This document shows positions 29,720 to 39,300 of a DNA stretch of 64,000 nt, piece by piece (the stretch's first letter is position 1; every line of letters starts with the position of its first letter). The position numbers and the translations under genes were made by a program. Source of the DNA: Spirochaetia bacterium. GTDB lineage: Bacteria; Spirochaetota; Spirochaetia; SZUA-6; Bin103. The stretch lies in contig OZ241863.1 in NCBI GenBank assembly GCA_965203055.1, forward strand, positions 3,040,001 to 3,104,000, read 5' to 3'. A model generated the notes under the pieces. It was not told where the DNA came from, searched no databases, and worked only from the letters and a program-made list of their open reading frames with translations.

Positions 29720-31104
29720 ATGTACAATCAGGCTTCCGACGAGGCCGTCACCACTACCGTATCAGCCCTCTCAGACGACCGCCTGCTGGAGCGGACCAAG
29801 GAACTTTCCGGCATCGAACACCATCTCGAAGTGGTCGTGATCGACCACCTGCGCGAGATTCAGAAGCGCCGCCTGTATCTGCGCCGCGGGTTCTCGAGCC
29901 TGTTCGATTACGCGGTGCGCGAGTTGGGTTACAGCGACGCTGCGGCGTGGCGGCGCATCAAGGCGATGCGGCTCTGCGCGGAGGTCGAGGGCGTGCGTGA
30001 GCGCCTGCAGAATGGCTCGATGACGCTGAACGCGGCGGCGCAGTTGCAGAACGCCTTCGACCGGCAGGAGCGCAAGAAGGAACGGGCGGCGCGTAGCGCG
30101 CCGGGCGGTGTCGGGTGCGGGGCTGCCGCTCAGTCGCAGAACGGCTCGGCGCCGCCGCGGTCGGCGGAGCGGAAGCCGGCGCCGGTGCTGGATCCGGAGG
30201 CGCGGCGGGAGCTGGTGGAGCAGGCGTCCGGCAAGAGCAGCCGGGAGGTGATGCAGTTGCTGGCCGAGGTGGACCCGGAGCTGGCGGCGCCGGCGGATCG
30301 GGTGCGGGCGCTGGGCGGCGGGCACTGGGAGCTCAAGGCGGTGATCGACGATGAGTGCCGGCGCGGCTTGGAGCGGCTGAAGGGCCTCCTGTCCCACGTC
30401 GATCCGCACCTGACGATGGGGCAGCTCACGGCGCGGCTGGTGCGGGAAGGGCTCGACCGTCACGACCCGGCCCGGCCGCCGCGCGGGCGGCGCGCCGCGC
30501 CGGCCAAAGGCGCCGAGCAAACTTCGGCGCCGAAGACGCAGGCGGCCTCGGCTCGCGGCGCTGCCTCGGCAACGAAGCAGGAGGCCGGCGCGGACAGCGC
30601 CGCTCCTTCGGCGGCGAGGTATCGGCTCAGGCGGCGGCGCAGCCGGGAGACGAAGCCGCTGACCGCTCGGACACTTCGGCAGCGAAGCCGGCGGGCGACG
30701 CAACTTCGGCGCCGAAGACGCGGCGCCTCGGCCGGCCGGCTGCGGTGGCGTGCGTGGCGCGGGCTGCGCCGCCGGCGCGGACCGAAACTTCGGAAGCTAA
30801 GGCCGGCGGCGCGACCGGCCGCGCCATCCCGGCGGCGGTCAAGCGCGAGGTCTGGCGGCGCGATCGGGGCCGCTGCCGCTACGTGGACCGCACCAGCGGG
30901 CGCCGCTGCGGCTCCCAACACCTGCTGCAGATCGATCACGTGGTGCCGTATGCCTGCGGCGGCGGCGCCGAGCCGAACAATCTCCGCCTGCTGTGCGCCG
31001 CCCATCACCGCTACCGCCACGCCGGCGCCGGGTTCGGCCGCCCCGGCGAGGATCGGCAGGCGACGGTTCCGTTCAGCCCTACTGCCGAAAGCGTAGACCG
31101 GTGA
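29720..31104 (+). CDS. HNH endonuclease with DUF222-like N-terminal region; single frameshift near 30617
   Basis: N-terminal GFSSLFDYAVRELGYSDAAAWRRI. The C-terminus is in another frame: RAIPAAVKREVWRRDRGRC..C....LQIDHVVP...GG....NLRLLCAAHH. The linker has repeated ACTTCGGCG (TSA) units. Confidence 0.8.
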
Positions 31105-31221
31105 TCAAGATCGCCGAGAAACGTCATCTTACACTGGGACTTGGGCTTGGCCGCCAAGCGGCCTGACGCTTACCTGCATTTGGAAATGCGCCCAGTGCCC
31201 GCCGGCGCGCAGCCCGACATA

Positions 31222-31340
31222 TTGACTAGTGATACCATAATGAATACCATATGGCAACGGATATTACTATAGATCGTGTCGGACTCGTTGTGGTGCCGAG
31301 AACAGTTCTGTGACCGGGGAACTTGGTTCCTGGTACCGTT
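31222..31340 (+). pseudogene. Degenerate AbrB/MazE-family gene with promoter (paralog of 51460-51764)
   Basis: TTGACT-17-TACCAT, then ITIDRVGLVVVP, which aligns with ITIDRDGRVVVP. The start codon is mutated (ACG), and the gene is frameshifted and truncated. Confidence 0.7.
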
Positions 31341-31377
31341 CCGGCACCAATAGAAGAATTCCCCTGAGGAGGCGGTT

Positions 31378-31587
31378 ATGATGGGCGGTAATAAAATCAG
31401 AGAGATGATCGAATTACTTTCTCACTTTTTTTACTCTGATGAAGATGGTTTTGATATTATTGTGGATAGAAATACTTTAACTTTCAGTGATCTTCGGCGG
31501 ACTGATACTTTTTGTATAAAGACCAAACAAAATTTTGAGATTACACTAGATGAAAGATATGGGCTGCACTATAGACCAAGAAAATAG
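31378..31587 (+). CDS. Small AT-rich hypothetical protein (69 aa)
   Basis: GAGGAGG RBS; GC is roughly one third by eye, against about 69% in the flanks. Confidence 0.45.
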   Translation: MMGGNKIREMIELLSHFFYSDEDGFDIIVDRNTLTFSDLRRTDTFCIKTKQNFEITLDERYGLHYRPRK

Positions 31588-31739
31588 AGAGCTAACTGCA
31601 AGAGCTATATCGCTTCGCTCGCTTCCGGATGACGGGCATTGCAGTGGTGACGCCGTGATCCACCCAACAGCGTGCTCACCACCCCGCTACCGGCCGTGTT
31701 TGCTACCGGTGACCCCAACGCAGGAGTAGAGGAGCTGGC

Positions 31740-33194
31740 GTGATCATCAAGAGCAACCCCGGCCACGTCGATACCGAGCGGATCGTGCTGTTTCCGTTCG
31801 ACGATCATGGCCTGCCGTTTCGTCACGGGGTGCGGCTCCATCTGGTGAGCCACCGGACGCCGGTGGACCGCACCCGCATCGTGGTTCCGCCCGGACCTCC
31901 CGGCGCGCCCGACAGCAAGCGCGTCATCTACTACGGCACGGTGCTCCGGGTCGGCGGCGAGCTGTGGATGTGGTATCTCGGACAGGGCGACGACGACCAC
32001 TGGCACCAGCGCGTGTGCCTGGCCCGGAGCCGCGACGGCTACACGTGGGAAAAGCCGCGCCTCGGGCTGGTGGAGTACCGCGGTTCCCGGCGCAACAACC
32101 TGGTGGACATGCTCGGCGGCGAGCACTCCATCGTCGCCTGCGTGGTGTACCACGACCCCGGCGATCCCGACCCCGAACGGCGCTTCAAGGCGGTGATCGA
32201 AGTCAAGGGCCGCGGCCAACAGTTCGGGGCGCTGTTCTCCGCCGACGGCCTGCGCTGGCGCGAGTACGAGCTCGGTTCCGCCGCGCCGCATTGCGAGCCC
32301 ACCGGCGGCATCAAGTTCAACGGCTGCTACTACCTCAGCGGCCACGGAGGCAGCCACTTCGGCGCGCCGCGCCAGTTGGTGACCTACGTCTCATACGACT
32401 TTGAGCACTGGATCGAAGCCTCGTGCCGGGGCCTGCAGCGGGACGACGTTCCCCCGCGGCCCTGCCGGGAGACGTTCGCGGGCGGCGAGCAGGTCCACGT
32501 CGGCGCGGGGTTGTGGAACCGGGGCAACGTGATCCTCGGGCTGTACGGGCAGTGGCACGGTCCCGCCAATGACGACCGCCGCCACGTGGAGATGGACCTG
32601 GGGCTGGTGGTGAGCATCGACGGGCTGCACTACAGCGAGCCGATCCCCGATTTTCCCATGGTGGCCGCGGCCGAGGACGGCATGCACCACCTGCCGCAGC
32701 CGTGGCAGTTCAAGCACCCCGCCCTGGTGCAGGGGCAGGGGTTCGAGAATCTAGGCGACGAGACCCTGTTCTGGTACGCGCCGTGGCCGGAGCAGTTGAG
32801 CGACGGCGTGCGCATCGCCTCCTGGCAGCGCGACCGCCTCGGCTACCTGCAGCCGTTCGACCGCCGGCAGTTGCAGATTCCGAACGGCTGCCACGTGATC
32901 TCCGCTCCCATCGACCTGGGCGGCCGCCCGGCGCAGGTCGCCTTGAACGTCGCCGGCCTCTCGCAGTACGCGCAGGTGACGGTCGAGGTGCTGGATGAAC
33001 GGTTCCGCCCGGTGGACGGCTACTCGCACCGCGACTGCCGGCCTCTCGAGTCGGGCCTCAAGCAACCGGTCACTTGGCGCGGCCACGCCGTCGTGGACGG
33101 GACCGGCGGGCCGATTCGGCTACGGGTGAACTACGCCGGAATCCGCCCCGAGGACCCGCAACTGTACGCCATCTACGTCGAACCGGCCGCGTAA
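31740..33194 (+). CDS. Probable five-bladed beta-propeller glycoside hydrolase-like protein
   Basis: YGTVL..MWY..CLARSRDGYTWEKP.LG; Asp-box-like SADGLRW and SIDGLHY; C-terminal beta-sandwich; upstream of a sugar ABC cluster. Confidence 0.65.
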   Translation: MIIKSNPGHVDTERIVLFPFDDHGLPFRHGVRLHLVSHRTPVDRTRIVVPPGPPGAPDSKRVIYYGTVLRVGGELWMWYLGQGDDDHWHQRVCLARSRDGYTWEKPRLGLVEYRGSRRNNLVDMLGGEHSIVACVVYHDPGDPDPERRFKAVIEVKGRGQQFGALFSADGLRWREYELGSAAPHCEPTGGIKFNGCYYLSGHGGSHFGAPRQLVTYVSYDFEHWIEASCRGLQRDDVPPRPCRETFAGGEQVHVGAGLWNRGNVILGLYGQWHGPANDDRRHVEMDLGLVVSIDGLHYSEPIPDFPMVAAAEDGMHHLPQPWQFKHPALVQGQGFENLGDETLFWYAPWPEQLSDGVRIASWQRDRLGYLQPFDRRQLQIPNGCHVISAPIDLGGRPAQVALNVAGLSQYAQVTVEVLDERFRPVDGYSHRDCRPLESGLKQPVTWRGHAVVDGTGGPIRLRVNYAGIRPEDPQLYAIYVEPAA

Positions 33195-33437
33195 CCGGCG
33201 GCGCGCTGCCGCGCCCGCCAGCCGCTTGTGCCGGTTGCGCGTCGGCCCGCCCTGTCGGGAGCCCGCCGGTTCAGCGGGGCGGCGGACTTCCGGCGGCAGT
33301 GACGAGCAGTGACGGGCGCTTCCTTGCGGGGGGCCGGGGGCGGTGGTAGGGTGGACCGATGGGGCCGTGCAGCGGCGCCGGCCCGCGAGTGGGATGGGCA
33401 GCCGCCGGCAGCAGGTCCGTAAGCAAGGAGTCAGAAA

Positions 33438-35120
33438 ATGTATCGCATCAAGACCACTATCGGGTTCGTACTGGCCGGGCTGCTGCTGGCGCCGGCGGCG
33501 GGGTTGCTGGCCAGCGGCCAGGAGGAGGCGGCGGGCGCGGCCGCGGGCGCCGTTCCGCCCGGTTACTTCGGCACCTACGAGCCGGCCATCGACATGGAGT
33601 GGATCAAGAGCACTTGGCAGGGCGCGCGCGAGGCGGTCAACAACAAGCTCAACCCGGCCACCGGGGAGACTTTCGAGGACAACCGCTGGACGCGGGCGAT
33701 GCGTGACGAGCTGGGCATCAACGTCACCTACAAGTGGGTGGCGGACGGCTCCCAGGCGCAGGAGAAGCTGAAGCTGGCCATGGCATCGGGCGACCTGCCC
33801 GACGTCATCACCCTGGAGGGCGCCCAGCGCCTGGTGGACTTCCAGCAGCTCGCCGAGGCGGACCTGCTCGCCGACGTGACCGACCTGTGGGAGCAGTACG
33901 CGGCGCCGCTCACCAAGGAGGTGGTGGGCGCCGACGGGCAGGTGATCTTCGACGCGGTGAGCTACGACGGGCGCATGATGGGCATTCCCGGCCCCTCGGC
34001 GGGACTGGACACCTTCAGTTACTTCTGGGTGCGCCAGGACTGGCTGGACAACCTGGGGCTGGCGCCGCCGCGCACCACCGCCGAGCTGCTGGAGATGGCG
34101 CGCGCATTCACCCACGACGACCCGGACGGCAACGGCGAGGACGACACCTTCGCCATGATGCTGGACAAGTCGCTGTGGTATCGGTCGGAGGGGTTCTTCT
34201 GGTCGTTCGGAGCCTATCCCGACACCTGGCTGGAAGCTCCCGGCGGCGGCCTGACGTACGGCGCGCTGCAGCCGGAGGTGAAGGACGCGCTGGCCGCGCT
34301 GCGCGCCATGCACGCCGACGGCCAGCTCGACCCCGAGTGGGCGGTGAAGGACGGCGCCAAGGCGAACGAGGCGTTCGCGCGCAACGCCGTGGGCATCGCC
34401 TACGGCGGCCACTGGATCTCCTACGACTTCCTGCCCGGCTGGGAGAACGACGACAGCATCGACTGGAGCGTGTACCCGCAGCCGGGCGTGGACGGCACCC
34501 CGCCGAAGGGCGAGCTGGAGCTGGGCATGCAGCGCATCTACGCGGTGCGCAAGGAATATGAGCACCCGGAGGCGCTGCTGAAGGCATACAACCTGTACTG
34601 GGAGAAGCTGTACGGCGACACCGGCGACTACGAGTACTGGGGCAACGACGAGCACATGGACGGCATCTGGTGGATCGGGCCGTTCGCCGCCTTCCATCCG
34701 TGGGTCAACATCCCGCCCTACTACGACATCCAGGCGGTCTACGCCGGCACCAAGGACCCGGCGGAGCTTACCGGCGTGTCGCTGGACTACTACAACAACA
34801 CCGAGAACAACCCCCATCCGGCCCAGCAGTGGGCGTGGCAGGAGATGTTCAGCGATCCGGCGACCTCGCCGTTCGGCCACATTACCCGCCGGGTCGACGA
34901 AGGCAGCCTGTTCATCGACAACTTCGTCGGCGCGCCCACCCCGACCATGACCGACCGCTGGGGCACCCTGGAGGAACTGAAGATCACCACCTTCACCCGC
35001 ATCATCGTCGGCGACCTGGACCTGGATAGCGGCTTCGCGGAGTTCGTCGAGGACTGGCAGAAGCTGGGCGGCGACCGGATCACCCAAGAGGTGAGCGACT
35101 GGTACCGCGCCGGCCGCTAG
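33438..35120 (+). CDS. Carbohydrate ABC substrate-binding protein, family 1 (LplA-like)
   Basis: AAGGAG RBS; signal peptide; ASGDLPD, VRQDWLDNLGL..P.T, DPDGNGEDDT. Confidence 0.9.
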   Translation: MYRIKTTIGFVLAGLLLAPAAGLLASGQEEAAGAAAGAVPPGYFGTYEPAIDMEWIKSTWQGAREAVNNKLNPATGETFEDNRWTRAMRDELGINVTYKWVADGSQAQEKLKLAMASGDLPDVITLEGAQRLVDFQQLAEADLLADVTDLWEQYAAPLTKEVVGADGQVIFDAVSYDGRMMGIPGPSAGLDTFSYFWVRQDWLDNLGLAPPRTTAELLEMARAFTHDDPDGNGEDDTFAMMLDKSLWYRSEGFFWSFGAYPDTWLEAPGGGLTYGALQPEVKDALAALRAMHADGQLDPEWAVKDGAKANEAFARNAVGIAYGGHWISYDFLPGWENDDSIDWSVYPQPGVDGTPPKGELELGMQRIYAVRKEYEHPEALLKAYNLYWEKLYGDTGDYEYWGNDEHMDGIWWIGPFAAFHPWVNIPPYYDIQAVYAGTKDPAELTGVSLDYYNNTENNPHPAQQWAWQEMFSDPATSPFGHITRRVDEGSLFIDNFVGAPTPTMTDRWGTLEELKITTFTRIIVGDLDLDSGFAEFVEDWQKLGGDRITQEVSDWYRAGR

Positions 35121-35147
35121 CGCCGCGCGGCGCCGAGCAACGCCGCT

Positions 35148-35176
35148 GAACCGGGGGCCGCCGCCGGCCCCGGTTC
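35148..35176 (+). terminator. GC-rich stem-loop after the SBP gene (mRNA stabiliser/attenuator)
   Basis: GAACCGGGGGCCG...CGGCCCCGGTTC inverted repeat between the SBP and permease genes; no U-tract. Confidence 0.45.
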
Positions 35177-35248
35177 GGCGGCGCGGCCGCAACCCCGCGG
35201 CCCGCCCGCCGCACCTCGCACCCAGCGCCCGGCACCCAAGAGAATCCC

Positions 35249-36148
35249 GTGGCTTCCCGACGCGCCAACACGCTGCCCTATCACCTGATGCTGCTGCCCG
35301 GCGTCGTGCTGGTGCTGGTCTTCTCCTACGTTCCGATCTACGGCGTCATCATTGCCTTTCAGCGCTTCATCCCGGCGCGCGGCATGTTCGGGGATCAGAC
35401 CTGGCTGGGGCTGGGCAACTTCGAGTACCTGCTCGCCCTGCCGACGGTGTGGCAGGTGTTCGCCAACACCCTGATCATCGCCATCCTCAAGATTGCCGGC
35501 GGCACCGTGCTGCCGATCGTGGTTTCGCTGCTCCTCAACGAGGTGCGCAGCCGGCTGTTCCGGCGCACCGTGCAGACCATCATCTACTTTCCCTACTTCA
35601 TCTCCTGGATCGTGTTCGGCGGCATCATGGTGGACCTGCTGTCGCCCGACGGCGGCATGGTGAATCAGGTGATCGCCGCGTTCGGCTTCGCGCCGGCCTA
35701 CTTTCTGGGGGACGTCGAGTTGTTCCGCGGCACGCTGGTGGTCACCGACGTGTGGAAGACCTTCGGCTTCGTCACGGTGATCTACCTGGCGGCCATCACC
35801 TCGATCGACCCGACCCTGTACGAGGCGGCGTCGATCGACGGCGCCGGGCGCTGGCAGAAGGCGTGGCGCATCACCCTGCCGGGCATGGGCATGGTGATCG
35901 TCCTGCTGATGGTGCTCAACCTGGGCAACATCCTCAACGCCGGCTTCGAGCAGGTGTTCGTGCTGTACAGCCCGCTGGTGTACCAGACCGGCGACATCAT
36001 CGATACCCTGGTCTACCGCCTCGGCCTGCTGCAGGCGCAGTTCGGCGTGGCCACCGCGGTGGGGCTGCTCAAGGGCGTGATCTCGTTCGCCCTGATTTCC
36101 GCCTCCTACTACGTCGCCTACCGGTTCTTCTCCTACCGGCTGTTCTGA
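35249..36148 (+). CDS. Carbohydrate ABC permease (LplB-like)
   Basis: LYEAASIDGAGRWQ EAA motif. Confidence 0.92.
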   Translation: MASRRANTLPYHLMLLPGVVLVLVFSYVPIYGVIIAFQRFIPARGMFGDQTWLGLGNFEYLLALPTVWQVFANTLIIAILKIAGGTVLPIVVSLLLNEVRSRLFRRTVQTIIYFPYFISWIVFGGIMVDLLSPDGGMVNQVIAAFGFAPAYFLGDVELFRGTLVVTDVWKTFGFVTVIYLAAITSIDPTLYEAASIDGAGRWQKAWRITLPGMGMVIVLLMVLNLGNILNAGFEQVFVLYSPLVYQTGDIIDTLVYRLGLLQAQFGVATAVGLLKGVISFALISASYYVAYRFFSYRLF

Positions 36149-37053
36149 TGGCTCGCAGCGCGCGTTCCCGGCGCCGGCAGCGCCCGCGGCTGCCGCTGTT
36201 CGCCCTGGTCAACGGCAGCGTGCTGGCGCTGTTCGCCGCGGCCTGCCTGTTTCCGATGGTGCACGTGGCGGCGGTGTCGTTCAGCACCCGCGCCAAGGCG
36301 CTGGCCGGCGAGGTGGTGTTCTGGCCGCGCGGCTTCAACACCGCCTCCTACGCCTGGGTGCTGCTGCAGAGCGGGTTCTGGACCTCGCTGTGGGTGTCGG
36401 CGCAGCGCATGGCGGCGGGAATCGCGATCAACGTGGTCCTCGTGCTGCTGCTGGCCTTCCCGCTGTCCAAGGAGAAGCACGAGTTCCCGGCGCGCGCCTG
36501 GTACGTGTGGTTCTTCTTCTTCACCATGCTGTTCGAGGGCGGGCTGATCCCGTTGTACATGACGGTGGCGGGGCTTGGCCTGCTGGATACCATCTGGGCG
36601 CTGGTGCTGCCGCGCGGGGTGCAGGTGTTCCTGGTGCTGCTGATGCTCAACTTCTTCCGCCAGGTGCCGCGCGAGCTGCAGGATGCCGCGGAGATCGACG
36701 GCGCCGGCAAGTGGCGCATCCTGTGGCAGGTGTACGTGCCGGTGTCGCTGCCGGCCATCGCCACCATCACCCTGTTCTCCGGGGTGTTCCACTGGAACTC
36801 CTGGTTCGACGGCCTGATCTACGCCAACCACCCGCGGCGCTACCCGCTGCAGACCTACCTGCAGATTCTGCTGCGCGGCGACATCCTGTCGCAGGCGGCG
36901 TCGCTGAGCGAGATCTCGGAGATCTACCACCTGTCCAACCGCACGGTGCGGTCGGCGTACATCGTCATCGGCATCGTGCCGATTCTGGCGCTGTACCCGT
37001 TCCTGCAGCGCTACTTCGTCAAGGGCATCGTGATCGGCAGCGTGAAGGGGTAG
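36148..37053 (+). CDS. Carbohydrate ABC permease (LplC-like)
   Basis: TGATG coupling; LQDAAEIDGAG, WNSWFD, YPFLQRYFVKG. Confidence 0.92.
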   Translation: MARSARSRRRQRPRLPLFALVNGSVLALFAAACLFPMVHVAAVSFSTRAKALAGEVVFWPRGFNTASYAWVLLQSGFWTSLWVSAQRMAAGIAINVVLVLLLAFPLSKEKHEFPARAWYVWFFFFTMLFEGGLIPLYMTVAGLGLLDTIWALVLPRGVQVFLVLLMLNFFRQVPRELQDAAEIDGAGKWRILWQVYVPVSLPAIATITLFSGVFHWNSWFDGLIYANHPRRYPLQTYLQILLRGDILSQAASLSEISEIYHLSNRTVRSAYIVIGIVPILALYPFLQRYFVKGIVIGSVKG

Positions 37054-37056
37054 AGA

Positions 37057-38184
37057 TTACTGGTAGGGATCGGCGGCGTCGCGCAGGCCGTCGCCGACGA
37101 AGCTGAACATCAGCACGGCAACGACCACGAAGATCCCCGGAATGAGCTGCCAGGAGCGCTGCGCCACCGCCGCCAGGTCCTGCGCTTCCTTCAGCAACAC
37201 CCCCCAACTGACCGCCGGCGGCTGCATGCCGAGGCCGAGAAAGCTGAGCGAGGTTTCGCCGAGGATGGTCTGCGGAATCGCCAGGGTGACGTGGACCACC
37301 AGGTAGCTGATGAAGTTGGGCAGCAGGTGGCGCACGATGGTCGCGGTTTCGGTGGAGCCGGCGATCTTGGCGGCGCGGATGAAGTCCTCCTCGCGCAGCG
37401 ACAGCAGCTTGCCGCGCACGATCCGCGCCAGGCCGGCCCAGCCCACCACCGCCAGCACGATGGTGATCGCGAAGTAGGTCTGGGTCACGCTCCAGTCGCG
37501 CGGTATGGCCGCGGCCAGGGCCATCCACAGCGGGATGGTGGGAATCGACAGCAGCACCTCGATGATGCGTTGAATCACCTCATCCACGGCGCCGCCGAAC
37601 ATGCCCGAGACGCCGCCGATCAGGCAGCCGAGCACGAAGCTCACGAACACCCCGCCGAAGCCGATCAGCAGCGAGATGCGCGCGCCGCTGATGGTGCGCG
37701 AGTAGACGTCCCGCCCCAGACGGTCGGTCCCGAACAGAAACACCGGCGCCCCCTCGGTGCCGAACAGACGCACCCGCGCCGGGATGAATCCCAGCAGCTC
37801 GTAGCGCTCGGTGCGCACGAAGAAGCGGATCGGGAAGCGCGCCGCGCGATCCTCGGTGAACTCCACCCGGAAGGTCTCGCGGTTCACGTTGCGTTCCAGG
37901 GCGTGCACGAAGGGACCCTGCAGGCCGGCGCCGGGAGCGAACCAGCGCACCGGCGTGGGGCGGGCGTTTTCGAATCCCTCGAAGCGGGCGAGGGTGTCGT
38001 AGGGCGAGAAGAACTCGGCGAACAGCGCCACGCCGTACATCACCGCCAGCACCGCGATGCCGGTCAGGGCCAGGCGGTGGCGGCGAAAGCGCCACCAGAT
38101 CAGTTGCCCCTGGGAGGCGTATTCCAGCCGCTCCAGGCGGCGCGCGCGGCGCAGGTCGGCGCGCGCCGCCGGCGCCTCAGCCAT
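37057..38184 (-). CDS. ABC permease, OppC/DppC family
   Basis: GTDRLGRD; GDGLRDAADP. Confidence 0.92.
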   Translation of the reverse strand: MAEAPAARADLRRARRLERLEYASQGQLIWWRFRRHRLALTGIAVLAVMYGVALFAEFFSPYDTLARFEGFENARPTPVRWFAPGAGLQGPFVHALERNVNRETFRVEFTEDRAARFPIRFFVRTERYELLGFIPARVRLFGTEGAPVFLFGTDRLGRDVYSRTISGARISLLIGFGGVFVSFVLGCLIGGVSGMFGGAVDEVIQRIIEVLLSIPTIPLWMALAAAIPRDWSVTQTYFAITIVLAVVGWAGLARIVRGKLLSLREEDFIRAAKIAGSTETATIVRHLLPNFISYLVVHVTLAIPQTILGETSLSFLGLGMQPPAVSWGVLLKEAQDLAAVAQRSWQLIPGIFVVVAVLMFSFVGDGLRDAADPYQ

Positions 38185-39175
38185 CGCCGGCCCCCAGGCG
38201 GATGCGCGGGTCGAGCCAGGCCAGGCAGATGTCGGAGATCAGGGTGCCGATCACGGTGAGCGTGCCGAGGATCAGCACGATCGCCCCGGCCAGGAACATG
38301 TCCTGCGCCAGGGTGGCGCGCAGCAGCACCGGCCCGATGGTCTGCAGGTTGAGCACGATGCCGACGATCACCTGCCCGGAGATGAGCGACGGCAGCAGCC
38401 AGCCGATGGTGCTGAACACCGGATTCATGGCGATCCGGATCGGGTACTTGAACAGCAGATTGCGCTCGCTCACCCCCTTGGCGCGCGCCGTGATCACGTA
38501 CTGCTTGCGCAGCTCATCCAGCAGGGTGCCGCGCAGCACCCGGATCAGCCCCGCGGTGCCGGCCAGCCCGATGATGATCACCGGCAGCCACACGTTCTTG
38601 AGCAGGTCCAGCAGCTTGGCCCACGACCACGGGGCATCCACGAACTCCAGCGAGAACAGGCCGGTAATGGCCCAGCCGGTGACGTCGTAGATCACCCAGC
38701 TCGTCACCAGCGCCACCAGGAACTGCGGCATCGACAGGCCGATGAAGCCGATCAGGGTGAACAGGTAGTCGAACCAAGTGTACTGGTTGGTGGCCGACAC
38801 CACCGCGATCGGAATCGCGAGCAGCCAGACGAAGAACAGACTGGAGATGGAGATCGCCAGGGTGGTGGGCAGGCGCTCGGCGATCACCTCGTTGACCCGC
38901 TTCTCCCACTGGAACGACCAGCCGAGGTCGCCCTGCAGCACGATCCCGGTCATCCAGCGGAAGTACTGCACGTGGATTGGCCGGTCCAGCCCGAACTGGG
39001 CCGTGAGGTTGGCCACTTCGGCGTCGTCGAGCTCCGCGCCCGACTCGCGCAGGGCGGCGATGTAGGTGGTCAGGTAGTCGCCCGGCGGAAGCTGGATCAC
39101 GGCGAAGGTCAGCACCGAGATCAGCAGCAGCAGCGGGACCATGATGGTCAGGCGGCGCGTGATGAAGCGAACCAC
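38177..39175 (-). CDS. ABC permease, OppB/DppB family
   Basis: LPPGDY; YVITARAKG; DPRIR. Confidence 0.92.
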   Translation of the reverse strand: MVRFITRRLTIMVPLLLLISVLTFAVIQLPPGDYLTTYIAALRESGAELDDAEVANLTAQFGLDRPIHVQYFRWMTGIVLQGDLGWSFQWEKRVNEVIAERLPTTLAISISSLFFVWLLAIPIAVVSATNQYTWFDYLFTLIGFIGLSMPQFLVALVTSWVIYDVTGWAITGLFSLEFVDAPWSWAKLLDLLKNVWLPVIIIGLAGTAGLIRVLRGTLLDELRKQYVITARAKGVSERNLLFKYPIRIAMNPVFSTIGWLLPSLISGQVIVGIVLNLQTIGPVLLRATLAQDMFLAGAIVLILGTLTVIGTLISDICLAWLDPRIRLGAGDG

Positions 39176-39300
39176 GTTGGTTTTGAGTTACCGGCCTCCG
39201 CCCGGCGGCAGCCGCGCGGAGGCAGCTTCACGCACGGGGCGGGCGCGCGGCGCGCGCCCGCCCCGCATCACGGTGCCGTCGAGATGCGGCAGGATGCCTC

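Larger units (their letters stand above)
26011..31193. mobile_element. Putative composite element: two TIR-bounded HNH units plus cargo, with 10-bp target duplication AGTGCCCGCC
   Basis: AGTGCCCGCC occurs at 26001-26010 and 31194-31203. The outer ends are inverted repeats (GGCGCACTTCCGATTTGTTGGTA / TACCTGCATTTGGAAATGCGCCC). An uninterrupted homologous site is at 51420-51448. Confidence 0.65.
29566..31193 (+). mobile_element. Full-length TIR-bounded HNH unit (about 1.63 kb)
   Basis: Left TIR GGGGCGCACTTCCAATTTGCTGGTA (29566-29590), right TIR 31171-31193; a single gene inside. Confidence 0.7.

Noticed and set aside
30600..30630. HNH frameshift as programmed ribosomal frameshifting
   Set aside because: No slippery heptamer is visible. 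Loss of one A from GCG-AAG-GTA explains it (mutation or sequencing error).
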